From the sequence record OX090893: a stretch of 64,000 nt of DNA; one strand, written 5' to 3'. Both the position numbers and the translations under genes were made by a program. Within the stretch, counting starts at the first letter, position 1. Every line of letters begins with the position of its first letter. This DNA comes from Escherichia phage vB_Eco_PATM. Below are positions 1 through 9,571 of this stretch, piece after piece. The notes under the pieces are model-generated. The model worked only from the letters and a program-made list of their open reading frames with translations. It made no database searches and was not told the origin of the DNA.

Positions 1-445
1 TCTGGAAGATTCTTTCATTCTCCATGATCTGATCGATAACTTCATTTGGATTAGGGATACACTGACGAATAATTTCAGAATATGTCAAAGCGTGTAAAAC
101 TTCCATTTCTGATTGCTTCATCATCATTGCACATGCTTCGTTGTTGCTTAAAAATGGTGCAAACAAAGTGATGATTGATTTAGCAAGTGAATCATTTTCC
201 CATTGGAAAGATAGGTTTTTGATCATAACATCATAGTTGCTTTTAGAACAAGCTACGAAATCTTTTCGTGTCTGATCTAAGTTTACTTCGTTTTCATCCC
301 AATCTTGCTGTTTTTGTAGTTTGTACAGACGATGCATTTCTGGGTATGTTACGTTAATAGAATCAAAAATACCTAACTGTTCTCCCAAAAATACAGGGTA
401 GAAACCTTCTTTGTAAGTGTCGTTGTATAAATTAATTGCTGCCAT
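1..445 (-). CDS. nrdB: Ribonucleotide reductase small (beta) subunit NrdB-like, N-terminal part; gene runs off the window edge
   Basis: Manual minus-strand translation from ATG at 445-443 gives MAAINLYNDTYKEGFYPVFLGEQ... with an E/H/Y-containing stretch (MEVLHALTYSEIIRQ) resembling the iron-ligand region of class I RNR beta; sits next to nrdA. ORF still open at position 1. Confidence 0.6.
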   Translation of the reverse strand, partial: MAAINLYNDTYKEGFYPVFLGEQLGIFDSINVTYPEMHRLYKLQKQQDWDENEVNLDQTRKDFVACSKSNYDVMIKNLSFQWENDSLAKSIITLFAPFLSNNEACAMMMKQSEMEVLHALTYSEIIRQCIPNPNEVIDQIMENERIFQ

Positions 446-809
446 TTAAATCCTCCACAATATCACACATTGCTTTTATTGTATCAATGTGTTCTCTCTC
501 CATACCATTCTCTATGTAAGCCTTCTCTAATGCGTTCCATACACTCTTTGTGAGTAGTACAGTAACTTCTCCCTCATATCTTGCCCTGGTTAAAGCATAC
601 CAGGTAGCTTCGGGATCATTGGAAGCCCATATTTCAACACTGGAAAATTGAAAACCTGCAATATAATGACAACACCAATCGAATGTAAAATCTTTACTAT
701 CTACCAGTGTATAATTGCCCCAACGCCTTTGTGGTGTTGCCCCAGGTAATACAACTAATGTAGGCATATTCCTCCTTAAGAAATGGGGGACAAAGCCCCC
801 TAGCTTCAT
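432..809 (-). CDS. Hypothetical protein (125 aa) between nrdA and nrdB
   Basis: ORF in six-frame track, same strand as the RNR genes; no motif recognised. Confidence 0.4.
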   Translation of the reverse strand: MKLGGFVPHFLRRNMPTLVVLPGATPQRRWGNYTLVDSKDFTFDWCCHYIAGFQFSSVEIWASNDPEATWYALTRARYEGEVTVLLTKSVWNALEKAYIENGMEREHIDTIKAMCDIVEDLNGSN

Positions 810-3070
810 TACATCTTACAAGCCTCACAACCGGATTCTTCATCCTCTTGAGCGAGTGAGGTTGCTGATTTTGTTCGACTATTTAGATAGTACAAAGATT
901 TACCACCAAGTTTTGCAAACTGAAGGATATATTGCATTTCTGATTTAATGGATAAACGACCACCTTCCATCTTAGAATAGTCAATCCACTTGTCACATGA
1001 TGCACCTTGATCTAAGAATTTAGTCAATAGTCCATATGCTTCAGCCATATCTTTATCTGGCGTATCCCAAGCCGATTGGTAAATATCTTTTAGTTTATCG
1101 TAATCTGGCACAATAAACAAGACATTACCTTTTTGGCTTTGTTTATAAACTATAGTATCACGTACAGGATACACAGAGTTAGTCGTATTACTTACAAGAC
1201 TACTAGACTCATTCGGAGCAATAGCTGCTAATACACTATTTCGGATACCACCTTGTGCAATTATATCTTGTCGTAAACCTTCCCAATCCATTTTAAGTTT
1301 AAAATTGCCAATATCGTCTACAGCTTTAGCGTAGGTATCAATAGGCAACCATCCTTCAGGCCATTTGGTTTTATGCATCCATTCTGCATTACCTTTCTCT
1401 TTTGCCAAACGAAGAGAAGCTCTTGCTAACCAGTAATAATGTCTTTCTGCTAATTCGTGAATTAGTTTTTTGCCGTAAGGATCTGAATAAGTAACAAAAT
1501 TACTTGCCAGATAATGTGCCAGGTTTGTAATACCCACACCGATAGACCTACGTGCTTTAGCAGTGATTTCGTTATGTTTAAACGGATACTGCATTGTTTC
1601 AATAACATTATCAATAGTTAGAACGGTATAATATGCAACATCTTCATATTCTTCTGGTGTAACGCGACCAGCTACAATAGAAGACAGGAAGCATAATGCC
1701 AATTCTTGATCTTCTGTATTCTCACCTGTGAAAAGATCAGTCATACTGTGAAATGCTTTCGTAGGTAAGAAAATTTCTTGGCACAAGTTTGACTGATAAA
1801 TAACATCCTTAAACGGAGTATGCTTATTAGCATTATCCGCAAAGAACATATAAATACGTCCTGTCTCTGCTCTTTGTGTAATAATTTCTGCCAGAAGATC
1901 TCGTGCTTTTACAAACTTCTTCTTAATTCGTTTGCGACTAACTTTTTCATATACTTCTTCAAACTCTTCCTCGCTTTTATAAAGCGCCTCATAGAGTTCT
2001 GGTGCTTCGTCATAACTGACTAGCATCCAATCTTTACCTTTTGCTGCACGGCGCAGGAAAGCATTGTTTACTACAATAGAGTAATCAAGTTTATCTACTC
2101 GTTTTTCACTAACAGTAGTTGGGTTTTTCAAACGTACCAGATCTTCAAAATCAGGTTCTAATATTGTAAACGTTACTGTTGCACTTCCACCACGACTTGC
2201 TTGTTTTGATGCTCCAACACTTGTTTCCATCCATTTCAGATATGGTAAAAGACCACCGTGAACGATACGGTTGTTCTTAACACCTTGTCCTGTAGCACGG
2301 GTTTGGAGGTTAACACCAATACCTGCATTATTCAATGTATACTCATGAGCAAGATAGTTAGCAATTGCTAAAGATTCTGCTGTATCGTCTGCTCTAAACA
2401 GACAACAAGAAGCACTACCTTTAATCTTAGTACGCAAAGTTGTTAAATAAGGTGATGGTAAATTAATCTTAAGATCACTTACGTAGGTATATAGACGTTT
2501 AATGTCTTCTACTCTGCGATCTTTTGGTTGGATTTCCATTACCTTCATTGCTACACCAATGAATAAAAATTGTGGTGATTCAAAAACCACATCATTGATC
2601 GCATCTTTCACAAGATACTTATCAACCATCTGGCGCAGTACGGAATAACCATAAGTTAGGTTTTTATCATGATTGATAATTTTACCAATCTCAATAATTT
2701 CTTCTTCTGTATAATCCATTTTCCCCCAATAGCCTTTACTTACAGACATATTGTAGAAATCCAGGAGGGAGGGGATATTGTGATATCCCCCATGAGCCTG
2801 TTTATAGATCATACCAAGAAGTAACCGACCTGCCATATCACTATATGCCTGATCTTTCTTATCAATACATGCTGCTATCATAGCTTTATGTAAATCACGA
2901 GTAGGCACACCGTCGTAACAACGTTTAACAGCTTCGAGTTCAATTTCAGACCAATTTAATTTACCAGCAGCAAACTCTGACCATTTACGAAGTTTTTCTG
3001 GATTAAATTCTTCTTTCTTGCCGTTTGTTTTTGTTACATAACGGATAGATTTGCTTAGATACTGAGTCAC
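809..3070 (-). CDS. nrdA: Ribonucleotide reductase large (alpha) subunit, class Ia
   Basis: 753 aa ORF; SNLCQEI active-site Cys/Glu context, C-terminal CEACKM cysteine pair, length typical of NrdA. Confidence 0.9.
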   Translation of the reverse strand: MTQYLSKSIRYVTKTNGKKEEFNPEKLRKWSEFAAGKLNWSEIELEAVKRCYDGVPTRDLHKAMIAACIDKKDQAYSDMAGRLLLGMIYKQAHGGYHNIPSLLDFYNMSVSKGYWGKMDYTEEEIIEIGKIINHDKNLTYGYSVLRQMVDKYLVKDAINDVVFESPQFLFIGVAMKVMEIQPKDRRVEDIKRLYTYVSDLKINLPSPYLTTLRTKIKGSASCCLFRADDTAESLAIANYLAHEYTLNNAGIGVNLQTRATGQGVKNNRIVHGGLLPYLKWMETSVGASKQASRGGSATVTFTILEPDFEDLVRLKNPTTVSEKRVDKLDYSIVVNNAFLRRAAKGKDWMLVSYDEAPELYEALYKSEEEFEEVYEKVSRKRIKKKFVKARDLLAEIITQRAETGRIYMFFADNANKHTPFKDVIYQSNLCQEIFLPTKAFHSMTDLFTGENTEDQELALCFLSSIVAGRVTPEEYEDVAYYTVLTIDNVIETMQYPFKHNEITAKARRSIGVGITNLAHYLASNFVTYSDPYGKKLIHELAERHYYWLARASLRLAKEKGNAEWMHKTKWPEGWLPIDTYAKAVDDIGNFKLKMDWEGLRQDIIAQGGIRNSVLAAIAPNESSSLVSNTTNSVYPVRDTIVYKQSQKGNVLFIVPDYDKLKDIYQSAWDTPDKDMAEAYGLLTKFLDQGASCDKWIDYSKMEGGRLSIKSEMQYILQFAKLGGKSLYYLNSRTKSATSLAQEDEESGCEACKM

Positions 3071-3081
3071 TTCCTCTCCTA

Positions 3082-3342
3082 TTAATTGTGCATGTTTAGA
3101 ACATCTACATCATAACCGCCACGCATCTCATTATATAAGCCATTTGCGTATAGAAAACCTTCAAAATGATCTATACCTTCAAAACCTTTTGCCTTTGCTT
3201 TGCGGTCTGCTTCTTGTCTTTTTGGGGATAATCTTTTAGATGTATCAAGAATAACTGTTACATTGCAACCTAATGTTTCATCAAAATAGACTTCAATTTC
3301 ACAGCCTTCATATTTATTACTTTCTGTCATTTGGCCTCTCAA
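3082..3342 (-). CDS. Hypothetical protein (86 aa)
   Basis: ORF contiguous with nrdA operon; no motif recognised. Confidence 0.4.
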   Translation of the reverse strand: MRGQMTESNKYEGCEIEVYFDETLGCNVTVILDTSKRLSPKRQEADRKAKAKGFEGIDHFEGFLYANGLYNEMRGGYDVDVLNMHN

Positions 3343-3753
3343 TTAGAATTCAGAATCATCATCTCGTGATGGATCATGTTCATTTCCGAAGTCTTCCATT
3401 TTGATATGAGAGCTACCCCAACCTGTAAAATCTTCTTCTCCAAAGTGCAAAATATCTACACCTTGATAGATTCGCTTATATTTATAGTCTTGTCGAACTG
3501 GGAAAGTATACAATGTAGTATTTGCAAACACCACACGTCGATTGTTGTTACTACGAATATTAACACCACGTTCTACTGTATAATGTCCATCGGTAGACAT
3601 ACCAAGCATTACTAATGCTGCTCGCAATGTAGTGTTATGATACTCGTGAGGAATTTTTCCTCCGTGTTTTTTAGCCATTTCTTTCCAGATCGGTGTAGCC
3701 TTAATGGTAGACATACTTACGGTCGCCCAAATGGTTGTATTAATTAGTGACAT
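3343..3753 (-). CDS. Hypothetical protein (136 aa)
   Basis: ORF with sigma70-like promoter upstream on minus strand (3805-3833). Confidence 0.45.
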   Translation of the reverse strand: MSLINTTIWATVSMSTIKATPIWKEMAKKHGGKIPHEYHNTTLRAALVMLGMSTDGHYTVERGVNIRSNNNRRVVFANTTLYTFPVRQDYKYKRIYQGVDILHFGEEDFTGWGSSHIKMEDFGNEHDPSRDDDSEF

Positions 3754-3804
3754 AAATTCTCCTTCTCTCTTTTAAGGAGAGCATAGCTCTCCTAACGTTA
3801 GCCT

Positions 3805-3833
3805 ATACTACACGAATCTCAATTAAAAGTCAA
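3805..3833 (-). promoter_or_regulatory. Sigma70-like promoter on minus strand (TTGACT-17-TAGTAT)
   Basis: Reverse complement of 3805-3833 reads TTGACT, 17 nt spacer, TAGTAT; followed by a hairpin (GGAGAGC-ATA-GCTCTCC, about 3786-3802) in the leader. Confidence 0.5.
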
Positions 3834-3850
3834 CTATAATTTTAAGTTGA

Positions 3851-4822
3851 TCACCATTTTGTATGGTTAGTCAAAAGTTGACGATGTTGAATCCAACCAC
3901 AGAAGTTTCCACTCCACAAACGATGTTTACGATCCATGTGTGTAATACCTTCTTCCCAAGAAGTAGGGAACGGAGGAATATTAATACCACCTTTCTGTTG
4001 TTTTAATCCTGACAAATCCATTTCTTTCATTGGCGTTGCCTGGTGTTCAAACGGAGATGCATGTACCTTTTGTCCAGACAGCAAACGAGAATAGATATCC
4101 AATGCTTTATCTTTAGTATCATTCAACTTACGATAACTTACCTGAGCGCAACAAGAAGCTGAAATAGCTTTTGCTTCATCTTCTGTCAACATTTTCTCGT
4201 TGGAGAAGGTTTCACCCAAGAAATAACGGATCATACCAGTTTCTGGATCTCGATCACGATTAACGTAAGGTGTATGCCACTCCCCTGGGAAAAGAAGATA
4301 TGGTTCAGAAGATTCATACAGTTTTTTAATTTCTTTAGCAAGAGCCTCAATAGTAGGATCTGCATCAGCATCTACGCGCAACCACAAGAAGTTTTCTAAT
4401 TCTGTAGTGGTTACTACAGTCTTCATACGCTGGAATGGTTCTAGTAGTCGGTTTGCAACCTGTTTATGATAACCAGCAAGGGCAAACTCTTCTGCAAAAC
4501 GTGCAGCACTTAGTGCAGCCAAGTCCCACCATTCTTTTGCAGTGTAACCTGCATCAATCAGGGCATCGTGATCTGTGCCTTTATCTTGCATACCTGGTTG
4601 GTTAGCACCAAAACGATAAGGACGTGCTGGAGATTGCCGTACCATTTCAATCAGAGTTTTAACAGGGATAGCTCGACTTGATGCAGCATTACGAGAAAAC
4701 AAACGATGCGTCATCAATTCAGAGTGAATGATTCGAGGATATTCAAGTTCAAAGGTAACAATATCCTTACCTTCAGATGTTTGAGAGTGTGCAATAATTT
4801 TTGCTGAAATAGAATCTGTCAT
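3851..4822 (-). CDS. thyX: Flavin-dependent thymidylate synthase (ThyX-like)
   Basis: 323 aa; THRLFSRNAASSRA matches the ThyX signature [R]HR-x7-S-x-R with a T for the first R; nucleotide-metabolism neighbourhood. Confidence 0.55.
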   Translation of the reverse strand: MTDSISAKIIAHSQTSEGKDIVTFELEYPRIIHSELMTHRLFSRNAASSRAIPVKTLIEMVRQSPARPYRFGANQPGMQDKGTDHDALIDAGYTAKEWWDLAALSAARFAEEFALAGYHKQVANRLLEPFQRMKTVVTTTELENFLWLRVDADADPTIEALAKEIKKLYESSEPYLLFPGEWHTPYVNRDRDPETGMIRYFLGETFSNEKMLTEDEAKAISASCCAQVSYRKLNDTKDKALDIYSRLLSGQKVHASPFEHQATPMKEMDLSGLKQQKGGINIPPFPTSWEEGITHMDRKHRLWSGNFCGWIQHRQLLTNHTKW

Positions 4823-4831
4823 TATTTCTCC

Positions 4832-5536
4832 TTAAGGTAGTAAAATACTTTCAATTTCTTCCCACTGATTATCTAAACCAGTGATAATTACATTAGGAAG
4901 TTTCTTTAACTCTTCCAAGTATGGATCTTCGTAAATAGTATTGAAATATATTTTCAACGTTTCATCTGGAAACAGGACAAGATTTTCAGCCCTATCATCA
5001 ATAGTTACGTCGCAAGGCAATAAGTATTTTTCTTTTGTTGCGAAAAAACCATTACCAGATGTTCTACTAAAATCCACTTTATCTAAAGACCGTGTTACGT
5101 GTCTATATTTAGAACTAAGGTGTCCACCCTTAGTGTGGCTTGCTATAGATATATTAGCTCCATTTGCAATTATACGATGAACAACATCTGTACTATTAGG
5201 TACTACTCCCATAGTATCATATAGATGTTGGTTATCCCAAAAAGAGTAAGGATCTACACCAAATTGCTTTTTAAAATCAGGGAAATATTTCGTAATATCA
5301 TAATGCACAGTTTTATGTGTATTATCAAATTTGATATTAGATCTACTTACCGCATTTAACCAATTTAACCACTCTATATCCGCAGGAGCTATTACTAAAT
5401 CCCAATCACATACTAGACGCATTATTTCTCCTGTTATAACATTTTCTACACATTGTTTCGTAAATGTCTTCTCCCCCAATAACAATCTGTTCTTTAGAGT
5501 CGATAAGTCTAGCATTGAAAATAGCTTTTCTTCCAC
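4832..5536 (-). CDS. Hypothetical protein; annotated start overlaps tdk, true start probably internal (around 5515 or 5422)
   Basis: 234 aa ORF; 5' 130 nt overlap the thymidine kinase gene, so a downstream Met is more likely. Confidence 0.4.
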   Translation of the reverse strand: MEEKLFSMLDLSTLKNRLLLGEKTFTKQCVENVITGEIMRLVCDWDLVIAPADIEWLNWLNAVSRSNIKFDNTHKTVHYDITKYFPDFKKQFGVDPYSFWDNQHLYDTMGVVPNSTDVVHRIIANGANISIASHTKGGHLSSKYRHVTRSLDKVDFSRTSGNGFFATKEKYLLPCDVTIDDRAENLVLFPDETLKIYFNTIYEDPYLEELKKLPNVIITGLDNQWEEIESILLP

Positions 5537-5969
5537 ATTTACAAATGCTTTTCAATTCTGTAATTGAATCTGCTATGGCTAATAACCGTTCAGAACCTTC
5601 AAACAATTCTGTAGCAAAATCTGTTTTAAGTCCATAGCAGAATACAGGAATATCGTAATTATCTACCACATCTCCAAGAATGTCAACCATATCTTTAGTT
5701 AGGAATTGTGATTCATCTACAAATACTGCATCTACTGGATTTTCTTTAAGCTGTGTATAAATTTCCAGCATATCTTCTTTTGTTTTAACTGGTTTTGCTT
5801 CCTCTTTAATACCTATCCTAGAAGCAATAGCACAACCAGATCTGGTATCTAAAGCTGAAGTTAAAAGAAGAACTTTCATATTTCTTTCTTTATAGTTCCA
5901 AGCTGTTTGTAGAAGATGTGTGCTTTTACCACTGTTCATCGGACTATATCGGAAATAAAGTTTAGCCAT
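5406..5969 (-). CDS. tdk: Thymidine kinase
   Basis: 187 aa; P-loop SPMNSGKST near N-terminus and C-terminal zinc ribbon CKCG...CRKC typical of type II thymidine kinase. Confidence 0.85.
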   Translation of the reverse strand: MAKLYFRYSPMNSGKSTHLLQTAWNYKERNMKVLLLTSALDTRSGCAIASRIGIKEEAKPVKTKEDMLEIYTQLKENPVDAVFVDESQFLTKDMVDILGDVVDNYDIPVFCYGLKTDFATELFEGSERLLAIADSITELKSICKCGRKAIFNARLIDSKEQIVIGGEDIYETMCRKCYNRRNNASSM

Positions 5970-6014
5970 ATTTTCTCCTCTAACGCTCCCGTTTGTGGGA
6001 GCGATAATACTTTA

Positions 6015-6590
6015 TTATTTCTCTTCGTCAAGAAGAATTTTTACTATTTGTTTTCTTCGCTTACTTACTGTACTTTCTGGTGAAATTCCGCGCTTCGTTA
6101 GCCAATTTTTATCCTTTTTAGACTGGCATAAAGCTATCGCTTCCTTCTCCGCTTTTGCTTCCCTGAATGTCATATCGTGCTTGTCAGCATAAGCCAAGAT
6201 AGCGTTACACTGCTTACAAACTACACGCAGGTCGTCTTCTGTTACATACAATAGGCGTAAAACAAAACTTGGGATATCTTCATAACAGGTTAATGTACCT
6301 GCTGCATTAATATGGTCTACTTGAAAGTCTTTCATACCTCCTGTATGTCCACACAATTCACATTTACAATTCCAAACCTGTTTCGGTTTGCCTGTTTTCT
6401 TATCTAAAACTACATTGCCATCTTTATCCAATCTATCGGCTTTAAATCGTACAGATTGGATCTTTTTTATCTTATTCGGGTGTCTCACCCATGCCTTCCT
6501 CAAGCAACCCCTTAAGTATGTATAAAAGGCTGCTTGAGTTTTCCAAGGTGTTCCATCTCCCCAAATAACTTTAGGTTCTTTATTTTCCAA
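6015..6590 (-). CDS. Putative HNH-type zinc-finger nuclease-like protein
   Basis: 191 aa; CELCGH...QVDHINAAG...N...CKQCN pattern resembles an HNH zinc-finger core; weak. Confidence 0.4.
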   Translation of the reverse strand: MENKEPKVIWGDGTPWKTQAAFYTYLRGCLRKAWVRHPNKIKKIQSVRFKADRLDKDGNVVLDKKTGKPKQVWNCKCELCGHTGGMKDFQVDHINAAGTLTCYEDIPSFVLRLLYVTEDDLRVVCKQCNAILAYADKHDMTFREAKAEKEAIALCQSKKDKNWLTKRGISPESTVSKRRKQIVKILLDEEK

Positions 6591-6774
6591 TAGTGCTCAC
6601 CTTTTTAGCTACATAATCTCCAGGTGGAATGTTATACTTAAAGAAAAGCATACGGTCTAAACCCGCCTTACACATGTTTTCTGGGATTGTGATTGTATAT
6701 AGGAGTTTATCTCCACGTTTATTGTATATTTTATATACTTCACCCTCTCCGTATTGTTTACCGTGAGAAGCCAT
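6580..6774 (-). CDS. Hypothetical small protein (64 aa)
   Basis: Small ORF in a minus-strand gene string; no motif. Confidence 0.3.
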   Translation of the reverse strand: MASHGKQYGEGEVYKIYNKRGDKLLYTITIPENMCKAGLDRMLFFKYNIPPGDYVAKKVSTIGK

Positions 6775-7159
6775 CTACACTCTCCTTCAATGTTTCAATA
6801 GCATCTGCTGCTTCAATATACTTACCTTTGTACATTGCTTTTAAAGCCTTACGAACAAGATCATCGTCTGTGTATAAATCAATTAGCTGATTAGCCAACT
6901 CAATTTTTACAGGATTTTTTAAGTTAGGGTAGGCTTCATACAACATATTGTAATATTTATCATGCAATTCTTTTTCAATATGAATAACGTGAATCGCTTT
7001 GTTTAGGTTGATCACACGATCACCTTTGTTTCGACAAGCATACTTAGCTAACTTAGTGAAACAAGGAGTTGCACCAATTAGATATGCAAGTTCCAAAGGT
7101 TGCATACGCATACGTTTGTAGTGATCACCATCAATTTGAATATCCAGTGCTGTAGTCAT
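6758..7159 (-). CDS. Hypothetical protein (133 aa)
   Basis: ORF downstream of the bidirectional terminator at 7175-7198. Confidence 0.4.
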   Translation of the reverse strand: MTTALDIQIDGDHYKRMRMQPLELAYLIGATPCFTKLAKYACRNKGDRVINLNKAIHVIHIEKELHDKYYNMLYEAYPNLKNPVKIELANQLIDLYTDDDLVRKALKAMYKGKYIEAADAIETLKESVDGFSR

Positions 7160-7174
7160 AAATCCTCCAAAAAT

Positions 7175-7198
7175 AAAGGGGCTTTCGCCCCTTTTTTA
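7175..7198. terminator. Rho-independent terminator hairpin with U-runs on both sides (bidirectional)
   Basis: GGGGC-TTTC-GCCCC stem-loop flanked by AAAAA upstream and TTTTTT downstream. Confidence 0.6.
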
Positions 7199-8161
7199 TT
7201 AAATTCCAATAACAGTGTTTACACGCTTCTCTTTGCTACGCAAATTAACACGTCCACGAGACAGGCTATTACATGATGTGCATCTTAGCACTTGGAATGT
7301 ACTAACCGCTGTTGTGTAAACCTTACCAGGAACAACTTCAAGGTGCTCTTTACCGCAACGAGGACAACGAAGTTTTTCATCGTCATAGAATGCAGATACG
7401 TTAGGATGTTGTGGAATCCATGCACGAAGTTTGATGTAAAGATCTCTAAGAGAAACAACATCACCATCATTGTATGTTTGCATACGGAAGAAGGCATGTC
7501 TATCTCCTTCACAACATGCTTTCCACAAAGGAAAACCTTCATTATCAAGTTTAAAGTTTTCTGTATCAAAATACAAACACATTTCTTTAAGCGCATTAGA
7601 AGGTAGTGCAAACTGCTTCTTAGCTGCCTTGAGTGTATCAATTACAACATAATGTGATGGTGGCTCCATACCGTGAAAAGCAAAACGTTGGTTAATATAA
7701 GCCTTATCAAACTTAATACCGTTGTGCGCGATCACAATATCTGCATCGTCAAGCAAGTGCCAGAGATCTTGACATAATTCCCAATCATCTGTATGATCTA
7801 TGTCAAACAAAGGGTAATTGCTAAGGTTCTTACCTTCTACTTCCCCTGTTTCTAAATCAGCAGATGAATAGGAAAGCAAGTAACCTCGACGAATAACTTG
7901 TTCAGGTGCAATAAAGGCTTTGAAACGTGAGAAGCTATACACAATCTCCGGTGCTGTCTCTACGTCAATAATTTTAATTACTGGCCCACCTTTATCTTGC
8001 GGAGCACCACGATGTGGTGAATTTACACGAGCTAAGTAATCATTTACTGTGCTCTTCTTAGTAGAACTTCCCAACACCTCTTGTGCAATCTTACGCGAAG
8101 AATAACCTTGTGCTTTCATAGATACAATCAAGGCTTTCTGTTCGTCTGTTAATTTACTCAA
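7199..8161 (-). CDS. DnaQ-like 3'-5' exonuclease with N-terminal HTH
   Basis: 320 aa; N-terminal HTH-like AQGYSSRKIAQEV; Exo I IIDVETAP, Exo II AHNGIKFD, Exo III-like YNDGD; C-terminal CxxC...CxxC. Confidence 0.5.
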   Translation of the reverse strand: MSKLTDEQKALIVSMKAQGYSSRKIAQEVLGSSTKKSTVNDYLARVNSPHRGAPQDKGGPVIKIIDVETAPEIVYSFSRFKAFIAPEQVIRRGYLLSYSSADLETGEVEGKNLSNYPLFDIDHTDDWELCQDLWHLLDDADIVIAHNGIKFDKAYINQRFAFHGMEPPSHYVVIDTLKAAKKQFALPSNALKEMCLYFDTENFKLDNEGFPLWKACCEGDRHAFFRMQTYNDGDVVSLRDLYIKLRAWIPQHPNVSAFYDDEKLRCPRCGKEHLEVVPGKVYTTAVSTFQVLRCTSCNSLSRGRVNLRSKEKRVNTVIGI

Positions 8162-9192
8162 TGTTCCTCCTGCTCTGAAATATATGCTTGTAGCATACTT
8201 TCAAAAGTTGTTTCATCATTCGCCCAACGTTTCATATATACCAACTGAAAAATTGTCTCTATCCATTCATCAGTTGTCATTTCTACTTCTTCACCATCCC
8301 AAGAAGTAAATTTAACGCCATCTGGGAACCATTCATAATACTGATCTTTAACTGTCTGAAAAAGTTCAGCCTGTGTTTTACATTTGGAAATAAGATTAAA
8401 GCAAGTAATATCTCCAAACTTAACATCGAAATCTTGGTAAGGTCGAATACTATCTGTCTTATCGCCCATTAGCATTTGATAAGCTAACCAGTAACTACCC
8501 CAACCCTTAACTTCTTTTTTCTTACCTTTTTCTACGATCCAGATATCACCGATAGATTCATCAATCAGAATAACACAAGGATTTTTATAAACACCATCCT
8601 CTTTATAAAAGTTAAAGAGTAAACTTGGTGTGTGTAAGCTATCTTTGTCGATAGATGCTACAATATGAGAAAACTTACCAGTTTCCTTGTAGGCTTTATA
8701 CCCTGCATATCCATAGATTTCTAAAGCATCATCTGCCTCAATACCAGTAACAACGTCACCGTTATGTTTTTCAACTAGATAATCTTTAGTATCTGATAAT
8801 TGGATTGGTCTTAAATCTGATCGTTCTGATTTATATTCTTTTGGCATTTTGAAAGAATGCCGGAAGGTTTTTCCTACCCCGATGACACCGCAATACTTTT
8901 GAAGTTTTAGGTGATCCATCATTTGGGTTATTTTTGTCTTTGCAGCTTGAAACGTAAAAGAAATATTATCTGGGACTATTTGAACGTCTTTTATTTCAAA
9001 ATCTTCTCTAGAGAACAACTTCTTACCAGCAGCTTCGCGTTGCGCGTTAAGTGCTCCTAACCATCCTCCAATATTTTTTGAAGATTTACCCCAAAAATCT
9101 GTTCTTGTTTCAAACTCTTTTACATTACCGGAAGCCTTGTGTACAGCGTGGATTTTTCTTTGTTCTAAAGCTGAAGACGCTTGGAACGCCAC
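8158..9192 (-). CDS. 5'-3' exonuclease / flap endonuclease (FEN, RNase H-like)
   Basis: 344 aa; GIEADDALEIYG and ASIDKDSL match the FEN-family EADD and DKD motifs. Confidence 0.55.
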   Translation of the reverse strand: MAFQASSALEQRKIHAVHKASGNVKEFETRTDFWGKSSKNIGGWLGALNAQREAAGKKLFSREDFEIKDVQIVPDNISFTFQAAKTKITQMMDHLKLQKYCGVIGVGKTFRHSFKMPKEYKSERSDLRPIQLSDTKDYLVEKHNGDVVTGIEADDALEIYGYAGYKAYKETGKFSHIVASIDKDSLHTPSLLFNFYKEDGVYKNPCVILIDESIGDIWIVEKGKKKEVKGWGSYWLAYQMLMGDKTDSIRPYQDFDVKFGDITCFNLISKCKTQAELFQTVKDQYYEWFPDGVKFTSWDGEEVEMTTDEWIETIFQLVYMKRWANDETTFESMLQAYISEQEEH

Positions 9193-9284
9193 TTGATCGT
9201 AGTCTATTGCAAGAATTGTGTTCTCGTCAACATATTTGTGCAGGTCTTCCGGTTGGATTAAAATGTAACCGCTAATATTACCTC

Positions 9285-9497
9285 CTATTCATCATCTGAA
9301 CTCTCTGTTGAGAATGTTCGTGTGTAGGGACACTGACGACTTGCAGAAACCTCTATAACCTTGTCGTACATACCATTAGAGTAAAAACAGTATTTTGTAC
9401 TTCCAGAAACTTGTTCTCCAGAATTAATTAAAGTTATTTGACCAGCATAAGAATAAGAACTGATTACTAGAAGTAAACCGACAAGAAGTTTTTTCAT
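9285..9497 (-). CDS. Small secreted protein with N-terminal signal peptide (70 aa)
   Basis: MKKLLVGLLLVISSYSYA hydrophobic signal-like N-terminus; minus-strand promoter just upstream. Confidence 0.45.
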   Translation of the reverse strand: MKKLLVGLLLVISSYSYAGQITLINSGEQVSGSTKYCFYSNGMYDKVIEVSASRQCPYTRTFSTESSDDE

Positions 9498-9538
9498 GGT
9501 GTGTCTCCTTAAAAGCCCACCTAACTAAGTAGGTAGGC

Positions 9539-9568
9539 ATATTAACACATATTAAATTAGTAAGTCAA
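9539..9568 (-). promoter_or_regulatory. Sigma70-like promoter on minus strand (TTGACT-18-TAATAT)
   Basis: Reverse complement reads TTGACT, 18 nt spacer, TAATAT, upstream of the 9285-9497 ORF. Confidence 0.45.
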
Positions 9569-9571
9569 GTA

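Noticed and set aside
5975-5996. Hairpin CGCTCCC-N6-GGGAGCG immediately upstream of the tdk ribosome-binding site
   Set aside because: No U-tract on the minus strand, so not called a terminator; could be a processing site or translational control element, but evidence is only a 7-bp stem.
7285-7652. ORFs 7285-7641(-), 7292-7606(+) and 7470-7652(+) lying inside the exonuclease gene
   Set aside because: Alternate-frame or antisense ORFs within a well-supported longer gene, with low-complexity hydrophobic translations typical of AT-rich out-of-frame reading.
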